Shown: positions 53,960 through 64,000 of the stretch, in pieces
How positions within the stretch are numbered: position 1 is the first letter of the stretch
How the letters are laid out: the number at the start of each line of letters is the position of its first letter
NCBI RefSeq assembly: GCF_006345805.1
Contig: NC_042999.1
Location: 86,490,001-86,554,000 of the forward strand
Reading direction: 5' to 3'
Length of the DNA: 64,000 bases
Source: Octopus sinensis
Taxonomy: Eukaryota
The notes under the pieces: generated by a model
Told to the model about the DNA's origin: nothing
The model's database searches: none
Seen by the model: only the letters and a program-made list of their open reading frames with translations
Translations under genes and position numbers: made by a program

Positions 53960-54458
53960 TCTATATTATTTATTATTATTATTGAGTGAGAGAGCAGCGC
54001 ATCCCATCAAAGTGACACAGAGGTACAAATATACAAAGCCCAATAAACCCATGCATGATTATCATGTATGTACACCAGGCACATGCATCACAACCGTATG
54101 TGCGCGACATGGTGATCTCATATCAAGATAAACAGCACATGACCCTGCAGGTGGAGCTCAGTTAGAATTCTCTTCAGATCCAGTAGCCCATCCCGCTCAA
54201 AAGGTCCTCGGAATAAGGGTTGTTTAAAGATGTTGAACAAAAGAACCATGTTTCCAGAGGCAAATTAATCAAATCCCAAAGAACTCTCAACACATGGCTA
54301 TGATGCCCGCCACCCAACTCCTTCTGCTCGTGATCAGTGATGCCCATATCGTCAGCCACCAAGGGACATGCTCAACTGGTTAATATCATGCAACTGACAA
54401 GCAAATCTGTGGTACTGGGCAGAATATTTGTTGTAGCCCATCTTTTATAGCAAGACAA

Positions 54459-54460
<2 letters not shown>
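53960..54460 (-). mobile_element. LINE-3'-UTR-like repeat with (TAA)n tail
   Basis: Minus strand ends CTCTCTCACTCAATAATAATAAT. Partial second copy at 51860-52130. Confidence 0.5.
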
Positions 54461-54522
<62 letters not shown>

Positions 54523-54524
<2 letters not shown>

Positions 54525-54732
54525 TTGTGTTTGTCCGCCCCAACATTGCTTGACAACCAATGGTGGTGTGCTTACGTCCCCGTAACTTAGCGGTTTGGCA
54601 AAAGAGACCGATAGAATAAGTACTAGGCTCACAAAGAATAAGTCCTGGGGTCGATTTGCTCGACTAAAGGCGGTGCTCCAGCATGGCCACTGTCAAATGA
54701 CTGAAACAAGTAAAAGCTTAAAAGCTTAAAAA
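54523..54732 (+). mobile_element. SINE family A, 3' half
   Basis: TACGTCCCCGTAACTTAGCGG...GACTGAAACAAGTAAAAG. Confidence 0.88.
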
Positions 54733-55068
54733 CTTTATCTTTTTACCATGGACTGCGGCCATGCCGGGACACCGCCTCGCAGTGTTTAGTCGAATAAAAC
54801 GACCCCAGTACTTTCTCGAAGTCTGGTATTCATTTGCCGAACTGCTAAGTTACGTGGACTTAAACAAACCAACACCCGAAGACAAACGCAAGCATCCACA
54901 CAAACACACGACGGGTTCTCCTAATTTCCGTCAATCAAATCCACTCAGAAGGCTTTGGTCAGCTAGAGGCAATAGTAGAAGACACTTGCCCGGTGCCACG
55001 CAGTGGGGCTGAACCCGACACCAAGAGGTTGAGAAGCACATTTCTTACCACACAGCCATGCTTGCACC
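54733..55068 (-). mobile_element. SINE family A, older near-full copy, tail-to-tail with the previous one
   Basis: Reverse complement has TGGCTGTGTGGTAAG..GGTTCAGCCCC..GGGCAAGTGTC. Confidence 0.8.
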
Positions 55069-55224
55069 TAGTTCAGGATTATTCAGAAATATCTATAAAT
55101 TATTTTACATTACTGCATTATTAGTTATTGTTATTAGTTATTTTAATATTAGTTTTGCATGTATTTAATGGTTATTTCTTTACTATTAATTATTTTTGTG
55201 CCGTTGGTTAGTATTGTATCAATA

Positions 55225-55359
55225 TTTCCTAATAAGTTTCGACGTTGGTGGAATTTGAATTCAGAATGTTAAGTCAGATGAAATGCCGCCAATCGCTTTT
55301 CTCGGCGTGCTTAACGATTCTGCCAGTTCGCCGCCTTAATAATAATAATAATAATAATA

Positions 55360-55404
<45 letters not shown>

Positions 55405-55620
55405 ATCCTTTCTATAAAAGGCACAAAGCCTGAAATTTGGGAGGAGGGAACTAGTCGATTACATCAACCCCAGTGATTTATAGATACTTAATTTATTGCC
55501 CCCGAAAGGATGAAAGGCAAAGTCGACCTCGGTGTAATTTGAATTCAGAATGTAGCGATGGGTGAAATACCGCTAAGCATTTCGTCCAGCCTGCTAACGG
55601 TTCTGCCAGTTCACCACCAA
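55225..55620 (-). mobile_element. Two SINE family B copies (head only 55225-55337, full 55404-55620)
   Basis: AATTTGAATTCAGAATGT and CTAACG.TTCTGCCAGTTC occur in both. Confidence 0.8.
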
Positions 55621-55721
55621 AACTGGGGCAGATAGGACTCCTTAGTCAACAATAATGACAACCTGTCAGTGTTCAACGGCTCCATGCCTAGGATGAAGGC
55701 GAATGAACTGCGAATTTTGAC

Positions 55722-56330
55722 TTAACGCCGGAGCAATATTTGGATGAAGATATGCCACCAATGATGCCCATCTGTCTCTTAGTGAGAATCGCAGTCACGG
55801 TCTCCTACACACAGAAATGCGAAGGGAATAGGCCCAACTTATGGGTAGTAAGAGCTCTGCAGTCTTGGTTGACAATCTTACTAGAGATGGAGTCTCGATA
55901 AAAATACCGGTTGGTGGCTAACTTTAGAACACCTCAATGTTAAGTGAAAATGTCTAATACAAATGAATTAAATAATGGTGTTAATGAGGCTGGAACCAAA
56001 AGTGAAATCCTTTCGCTCGCAGATGCCCTGTGGTTGAGCAGCGCAGGCCCGGCTGTCATCCAGAGACTGCTTCTACACAAAGCCATAGGCAGAGAAGAAG
56101 GTGGGATAAGGAGGCAAACCGAACGGTAATTGAATGCTGGATCAGGAGTGAACCCAGCAGAAAGAGATTCCGACAACGAATGAAATATAAAGGAAATTGA
56201 AATAGAGTGCCCAGTAGAACTGTTACAAAAAGGTTTACCTCCTTGGTACGGCCAGAATAATCAGATAGCTGAAAAGAGCGAATATCATGGTACCTCAGGT
56301 TGCAGGTAGTAAGCCCGCTACGCATGCAAG
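55722..56330 (+). mobile_element. Probable 5' end (UTR and N-terminus) of a Dong/R4-type LINE
   Basis: RRRWDKEANRTVIECWIRSEPSRKRFRQRM (about 56085-56190) matches my recollection of R4/Dong N-termini. Confidence 0.5.
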
Positions 56331-56376
56331 ACTCCAGGAGATCCAACAAAACCTGTAATAAGCCTGTGATAAAGAG

Positions 56377-56419
<43 letters not shown>

Positions 56420-56435
56420 TAATAACAACAATAAT

Positions 56436-56757
56436 AGCTTCAAATTTTGCCACAAAGGCAGTAATTTTGGGGGAGGGTATAAGTCGATTACTTCGACACC
56501 AGTGTTCAACTGGTACTTATTTTATCGACCGCGTAAGAATTTGAACTCAACACGGAGCAACAAACGAAATACTGTGCATTATTTATATTATTTATATTCA
56601 ACGGATATTTGTCCTCTTCTTGTTTATTGTTAACACAACGTTTCAAAATATGGTAGACGAACATCGCAAAGCTGTGACACGAGGAGTATAGCTGTTGAGT
56701 GAAGTTCAATGACTGAAACATGCGTTTAATATATATATATATATGTGTGTGTGTGTG

Positions 56758-56803
<46 letters not shown>

Positions 56804-57045
56804 GTGCGTGTGTGTGTGTATAAAGAATGTACATAATTCCTCAACTCTTAAATATAGAAGGCGAAATGCTGCTAAGCATTTCGTCCAGAGTGCGAACGAT
56901 TCTGCCACCTTGCCAATAATCCTTTCTACTAAAGATACAAGGCCTATAATTTTGGGGGAGGGAACTAATCGATTACATCGACCCCAGTACACAACTGGTA
57001 CTTAATTTATCGACCCCGAAAGGATGAAAGGCAAAATCGACCTCA
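56436..57045 (-). mobile_element. Cluster of SINE family B fragments
   Basis: Pieces at about 56436-56545, 56830-56915 and 56935-57045. Confidence 0.7.
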
Positions 57046-57213
57046 GAATAGATGCCAAATTTAAATAAATTCTGCGGTCGATTTCTTCGACCAAACCCTT
57101 CACCCTTCAGTGTGGTGCTCCTGCATGCCTGCAATTCAATGACTGAAATATGTTATAGAAAAAGATGAATGTGTTTAATATATATATATGTGTGTGCGTG
57201 TGCGTGTAGGTGT

Positions 57214-57257
<44 letters not shown>

Positions 57258-57302
57258 ATACACACACATATACATAGTATCTACATATGTATATAAAAGA
57301 AA

Positions 57303-57458
57303 CGACGAGCTTCCTTTTAGTTTCCGTATACCAAATTCACTGAAAAGGCATTTGCCAGACCGGGTTCTAAAGTAGAAGAAGCTGAAGGCGTCACGCAATG
57401 AGACCAACCCAAAATCACGCGGTTGCTGAGCGGGGTTCTTATAGACACAGCTATGCCT
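57303..57458 (-). mobile_element. SINE family A, degraded 5' half
   Basis: GTTTCCGTATACCAAATTCAC..GTAGAAGA. Confidence 0.55.
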
Positions 57459-57885
57459 TTTATATTAATTATTCACAGAATAATCTTTCCGATTTGAAGT
57501 GTTTAACTGATGGTTGTCGCATTTTTTTTCTATCTCTGTGTACGACACTTATTTCTGTGTGTCCCAAATGACTTAACTGAGGATTTTTCTAAAAAAGCAG
57601 TCAACACAGTTGTACAATTATTGTCGGATACCTTTGATCACAGTTTCAAATAATTTACCCAATTTACTGCAATTGTAGTGCGCAGACGGGTATCTGTACT
57701 CAAGCACCCTCATGCATGGATAGTCTCTTGAGAGAATGTGTGTATGTGTATGTGTGTGTGCGTTTGCGTGTGCGTGTGGGGGGGGCGCATGGGTGTGTCT
57801 GCACACGTGTTTGTCTGTGTCTGCGTGTAAATTCACACTAAGATTTAATATGAACATTAGTGATCAGTAATTAGTTATTATCAAA

Positions 57886-58080
57886 GCTGCGAGCTGGCAG
57901 AATAGTTAGCCCGCTTCCGTCTTTGTGTTCTGAGTTCAAATCCTGCCAAGGTCGCTTCTTGCCTTTCCTCCTTTCGGTGTCGATAAAAATAAGTATCAGT
58001 TGAACACTGGGATCGATGAATTCAACTTACCCCTCCTCCCAAATTGCTGGCCTTGTGCCAAAATTTGAGAGCTATAATTA
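57886..58080 (+). mobile_element. SINE family B
   Basis: GAGCTGGCAGAATAGTTAG..GAGTTCAAATCC..GGCCTTGTGCCAAAATTTGA. Confidence 0.8.
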
Positions 58081-58849
58081 GGCATATATAAATACCGATT
58101 TGAACAATAAATGCACTAACGGGAATCGAACGACGTATCTTTCGCCTATTTCTTACTTAGATTTGTGCCTATGCATCGAACTAAGTTAGTGATTGTAGGT
58201 TGCTGGTAAATGTGCAGGCCAGCTAGCCTTCATTTGGATATAATCTAGGACAGTGACAGGGAATATTTTATGTTGGAAGACTGCATTGAAGTCAGCTGCT
58301 ACCTGACAAGGCTGCCTACCCTCAAAAACCTTATCCTGTTAAACCTATTATTCTATTAAGTATAATTATTTATACAACTTAATTATTTTTTCGAAATTTT
58401 CGTCGTGTTTCTATCGTGTAAACTCACTTGTAATTAATTTAAAGAAGAAATTACGAATGTAGATAAAGCAGAGTTTCTCAACCTGTCTTTCTCACTATCA
58501 TCGCAATTTTCAAAGCAAAAAAAAACCCAAAAAACAAAAACCTGTGCGTCCTAACACGAGCGGACAAAGTTAGTATGTAAGATATATTTAAAAGAAGTTT
58601 TAATTATAACTTTGTTGCAAGTTTTATTCACTTGTTACTTACTTCCACCCATTGTGAAGGAATTCACTTCCCAGCAAAATATTTCCAGGCTGCAGACGCG
58701 GGCGGGCGCTCCACCTTGAGATAAGAAGTAAAGTGTTTCTAAAATTTGCAATTTGTTAAAAAGATAGGGTTTAAATAAAATTAAACAAAATATCTTCCTA
58801 TATACAGATTTACCCCTCAGAAGTAGTGATTATTTCAGAAGGCTGCAGT

Positions 58850-60150
58850 ATTTCAAAAGTGAGCAGTATTACTTCAATCTTCTTTATGTGCAATGTCCAC
58901 AATGTATGACATGGGGGATCATGTCCTACCATAATTCTCTGTTGTTTGTGTTATGTAACAGTTCCACTTCTTGATTTTTAAAACCTCTTTCTTCTAACTA
59001 GTTCAGCAAGCTTGATATCCATCTCATTACTTCAATATGAACTTTGAATAAGCTTTCTTGAAGGTCAGCAACCAACCAAATAGGCTAAAGTATTTTCTAG
59101 CTGCGAACAGAAAGCCATGGGGATTCACCCGAGATTATGAAACCTAAAATTAGTTATAACTTTGGGAGTGCTTATTGTTTGCTGTTTATTTGAAGAAAGC
59201 AGTTAATGCAACAGTTTCATTGAGTAGTGTTGTGGTTCTTTGTTCATAGATTAAGCGTTATGTTTGACGTGAGGTGTTAAGCTGGTTTATGAATGACAGC
59301 TGTGTGTAGAAATTTAACTAGGAGTGAAGGGTGATATCATCTCTTTAGGAATGTGAGTTGTTTGAAGTAACAGCAAATGATTAACAAAATTATAGTTGTT
59401 GATACGTATTATAATAGTGTCGTCTCGTTTGAAACTTTCAGTTCATGAGATGAGAGGCAATGAACCCCATGCACTGACAATAGACAGACATAAGCTTTAC
59501 TGATGTTAAATGCAACGACACTGCTTTCTCCAAACTTCAAAAGGATGAGGAAGAGCTGGTGCAACATTGCACACTCCAATAAATCTTATTCTCCTGAAGT
59601 CGTAATCGTGATCATGGAGGAAGAAACGAGGCCGAAAGTTTTGAAATGAGTGGTTGTTTAAGAATGCTTTCGTGGCCTTTGGGATGTTGCATTGGAGATC
59701 AACAACTAGGAAGACGGGTAAGAACAGAACGTTACATTTCATGAGGATGTGATGCATTGTAGTATATTTTTAAAGATTGGAATAGATGGGATAGATGTCT
59801 GTAGGAAGCGAACAGCTGAAGAGTTTGGTGAAGATATGAACAAGTATGTAAAGCGCTGATTAAGGATAATGAAAGAACCATTACCAGTATTGGGTGGTCT
59901 TCTTGAGTTGGAGTTACGACATGAGTTTACGCATTTGCAGATCGTACATGATAGTGAGACTAGTAGAGTGGAGAAAATTAGTTTTGGAAGAGGTTTGTTG
60001 AATACGAACAGTATGGAGTTGGAAGTATTTCAAACAGGTAAATATTAATGCTTTCTCAGTGGCTTCTTGATTTAAAAATTGTAAAATTTAGAACATATAG
60101 TAGAGACTGTCACAGCCTTTTCTTATAGTTTTTTTGCTGGCGTTACAATG
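58850..60150 (-). pseudogene. Highly decayed CR1/L2-like RT remnant
   Basis: LVHIFTKLFSCSL..LHDHDYDFRR..FGESSVVAFNISKAY, resembling TKLF..SL / SDHQYGFR / GES.VVALDISKAF. Confidence 0.55.
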
Positions 60151-60244
60151 TTTCTAAAACACGCTTCAGCTGATAGAGAGTGGAGACTTTTTTCAGGTGT
60201 TCAAGGAACCTGAAATAAAGAATCATAAGTACAGTCCATCTAAC

Positions 60245-60380
60245 AAGTTTCTACTCGGTTTCATATTCCTAATTTCAACCACAAGGTATAGGCTACTGTC
60301 CAAGATGCTACGCACTGGAATCGAACTAGGGATCTCATGTTTGCGAAGCGAACTTCTTAACCACTCAGCCGCACCTGCTT
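60245..60380 (-). mobile_element. SINE family A head, degraded
   Basis: Reverse complement TGCGGCTGAGTGGTTAAGAAG..AGTTCGATTCCAGTGCGT. Confidence 0.6.
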
Positions 60381-60764
60381 CAGGGCAGCTAAGCAGGCAT
60401 CTGAAACCACTATTCATGATATTTCACTTCACGTCTCTCGGACAACAGACTTTATTATGTGATCAATTGAATAAGGGGGTCTGTTATTGGAGGTTAGTGG
60501 GCTAAAGAAGTGCAAGGATTAATTGAGAGTTAATATATTCACTGAGAAAGAAATATATATGTAATTTTTTAATGAATATGCTATTCGATGTCTTAAGGAA
60601 AAATTTGGATAGTTCTCTGTAAATCTACACAAATGCTTCAGACAAACAAACATCTCCAAAACGAAATGAATATGAAGACTGTTCTTCAGTGTTGTTCAAC
60701 CTGTTGATTGAACAGGTTCTACTAACACACAGGGTTAGTATTTATTTCTATAAATAACATTATA

Positions 60765-60957
60765 GGCAGAGGCGTGGCTGTGTGGTAAGAAGCTTGATTC
60801 CCAACTGCACGGTTATGGATTCAGTCCCACTGCGTGGCACCTTGGGAAAGTGTCTTCTACTGTAGCCTCGGGCCGACCAAAGCCTTGCGAGTGAATTTGG
60901 TAGACGGAAACTGAAAGAAGTCCTTCGTGTATGTGTGCATGTATGTATACACACACT

Positions 60958-61019
<62 letters not shown>

Positions 61020-61209
61020 ATATTTGTGTCTTGGTTTTCCTCGACCACAGTTTGACAACAGGTGTTGGTGTGATTACGTCCCTGTAACTTAGTAGTTCGG
61101 CAAAGGGGACCAAGCATAAAAAAAGTACTGGCGTCGATTCTTTCGACTACAAATTCCCCAAAGCGCTGCCCCAGTCTAATGTCTGAAACAAGTAAAAAGA
61201 ATAAAAAAA
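60765..61209 (+). mobile_element. SINE family A, full length
   Basis: TGGCTGTGTGGTAAG, GATTCAGTCCCACTGCGTGGCACCTTGGGAAAGTG, internal (TA)n, A-rich tail. Confidence 0.9.
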
Positions 61210-61918
61210 TAATTATTGTTGAGAATGTTTGACTAGTGTGTGTATGTATGGACTGCACGTTACCACCGCTATCACTGACAAGGTATCAAACTATTTTGCC
61301 TTATTATAAAACTGACTGAGGATTCGAAAAGACGACGGAACATCGCGATGTACCAGTTGGAAGTTATAAATACGCGTATTTTCTATTCATTGATCTTTTC
61401 AAGATTGATTTTTGTCTGTCGCAGTCCTGATTAATCTCCTGTTAATCAGGGGGTGCACTCAATAGAAAGAAAAAACAGACTTCATTTAAATTTGAAAATA
61501 TGATTAGTTAAATATATATGTTCTGTTTACCACACAAACACACATACGCCCCACACACACACACACGCACGCGCGCGCGCGCTTTCTTAAATTGACTCGG
61601 AGACCCTGTGACAGGTGATGGAAACTGTTTCCTATCTTAACAAAAAGTTCTAAAAATGACTTATCAGAAACAGCTTTTCTGTTTAAAAATGTGTTATAAA
61701 AACGACTCAGATTTAACTTTCACGTACTTCTTTTCATCGAGGTTTTTTTTTTTCATATTCTGAGATCCTTGCAGTTTATTTCAAAATAATAAAATTCTAA
61801 AATCTCTTCTAATGTTTCCAGACCATCGTCATTCTGGAATAGCTGATGTTAGCGTGTGGTACTGTACTGCTACTTTAAAGTAGGTATGGACGGTCAGTCC
61901 GATTGGGGTAGACATTAC

Positions 61919-62116
61919 CTATTTCTTTACTACCCACAAGGGGCTAAACACAGAGAGGACAAACGGATTAAGTCGATTATTTCGACCCCAGTGCGTAACT
62001 GATACTTATTTAATCGACCCCGAAAGGATGAAAGGTAAAATCGACCACGGCGGAATTTGAGCTCAGAACGTAACGGCAGACGAAATACAGCTAAGCATTT
62101 CGCCCGGTGTGCTAAC
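61919..62116 (-). mobile_element. SINE family B variant flanked by a 12-bp direct repeat
   Basis: GGTAGACATTAC at 61907-61918 and 62117-62128. Body CCCCGAAAGGATGAAAGG..GGAATTTGAGCTCAGAACGT. Confidence 0.8.
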
Positions 62117-62435
62117 GGTAGACATTACTGCCAGAATTTGAACCCCTCTTATGCACAAAAAATAGATATTCTTTGTTTTTTTAACAATGGAAGAAATACA
62201 ACATAATATCAAAATGATCAAACAAATACTATAGACTAGTCATATCAAAACTAAACACCTGACTGCTGACGTATAAATGTAGAAAACAAAATTTCAAATG
62301 CGCCCACGCGTATATGCGTGTGAGTGCGTGTGTAATAGGAAGTTTGTACCTTTCCCAATGCCTTCTTGTGAGGAATGAGACCATATCGCTGTACCAGCTT
62401 ACCTCCTTCAATACTACAGTAATAACTTTCAATAA

Positions 62436-62616
62436 TGCATGATACATATATATATACATACATATATATATATATACATATATATATATATTCATATACA
62501 TATATATATATATATATACATACACGCACGTACATATATGTATATGCATATAGATGTGTATGTGCTGTATGTGCAGTTTATATATTTTTGTGTATGTGTG
62601 TATATATGTATGTATG

Positions 62617-62677
<61 letters not shown>

Positions 62678-62678
62678 G

Positions 62679-62723
<45 letters not shown>

Positions 62724-62726
62724 GTA

Positions 62727-62775
<49 letters not shown>

Positions 62776-62780
62776 ATTGT
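62436..62780. repeat. Compound (TA)n/(TATG)n microsatellite field
   Basis: Direct inspection. It explains the YIYI-type ORFs in the track. Confidence 0.95.
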
Positions 62781-64000
62781 GCTGAAACTAATAATAAAAA
62801 TACACACACACGCATATACATATTTACACATATACAACATACACACATACACACACGCATATTATACATACTTGTTGGCACGCAAAGATAGTGAGTATAT
62901 ATATGAATGCAAGAGTAGAGATAATTATAGAAAGTACCAATAGAGAAGCCATTTTTGTATGAGAGAATATATGTAACTTAGCTTTATAGATCAAAAGGAG
63001 ATAAACGCTACCTTTGAACTGAGGCAAACAGATGTGGGTGGTCCGGATGGAGAATTCATTAGATCAAGACAAATAGAAAATAGAAAAAAGTATTTGAAAA
63101 GTGCCAATATCATAAGCAGCAACTACTTCAACGTTCCCAAGGAAATTTGAGTGTTATTGATTTCTTTTTTTTACTTTCATTTTATCACCATCGATATTTC
63201 AACTATAAAGAACTAATATATGTTAACACCTGTTTTCTATAGGATATTTTCACTTATGGTTCCTGCTTTTGTTCTGTTGTTTAACTTTTCTGAATACTCA
63301 CTTTTCTCTATAGGCGACACTTTAAACTAGTCTGAAAAATTATTAATTAGCATGTATGTATATCAAGTTCAATAACTTTATAAAAGTCTTACTGGGGATT
63401 TTGAATGTATGTACAGATGAAAAGAGAAGGTGGAAAACGTAGTCACTTAGCTATTTGGTATCAAATGTGATGTAGAGAAAATATCAGAGAAAAGAAAGAG
63501 CATTTAGTGTATGCACAATCAACGTATTGTACTTTTCGGCTGGCACAGATATTAATACGTTTGTACTCAATGTTTGGAAGTTCCCGTTGTGTCTGCTATA
63601 CACATTCCATTTATGTAAGGGCACAGAACATATATGAAAATATACGTTTATGTTCTTTGATACATTAGACATTTATATGTAGTTGATGCAAATCCAGAGC
63701 CGGTGGGTTGATTTACGTCTTTAGAAACTTGGACAAACACTCGATTTATCTACGAAACCAGATTCTTATTCGAAAATAAGTTACTTATATGTTTGAAGAT
63801 TTCACAATTATCTACAGAGGTGAAATAACCTTTCTTGAAACTACCTTATATACATTACATCTCCTTTAGATTGATATATCTTTATCATATACGAACAAGA
63901 ACTAACTACTAAATATGATATGAATAAGAATTATAGTACCATCTCCTACCGACTGGATTTAATAATGGTTTCTAGTGTTTGAAATATCAAACTAGTGTCG

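Overview
AT-rich, microsatellite-dense eukaryotic DNA, almost entirely transposon-derived. The two dominant tRNA-derived SINE families and the LINE mix (Dong/R4, RTE, Tx1, Penelope) look like an Octopus/coleoid cephalopod genome; this is inference from repeat recognition, not a database search. I found no supportable host protein-coding gene, rRNA, real tRNA or CRISPR array, and most ORFs in the track are translations of (TA)n/(TG)n/(TATG)n tracts. Recognisable elements, in order: a 5'-truncated Penelope-like element with an inverted terminal copy (0.2-1.0 kb), a mariner-like element, RTE-type 5'-UTR fragments, a decayed Gypsy pol with a probable LTR (3.3-5.8 kb), a decayed Dong/R4 LINE (5.9-7.5 kb), an L1/Tx1 locus with two divergent ORF1 genes before one truncated ORF2 (9.7-15.0 kb), a young GC-rich RTE LINE (16.4-18.3 kb), non-autonomous Helitrons, Tigger/mariner/CR1 remnants and over 20 SINE copies or fragments. 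The best leads are (1) minimal hammerhead-ribozyme motifs, including one with an A3-U8 swap of the conserved C3-G8 pair, one with an intact core and one with an extra core A; (2) the tandem-ORF1 or ORF1-only Tx1 arrangement; and (3) the young, compositionally alien RTE. Boundaries of decayed elements are approximate.
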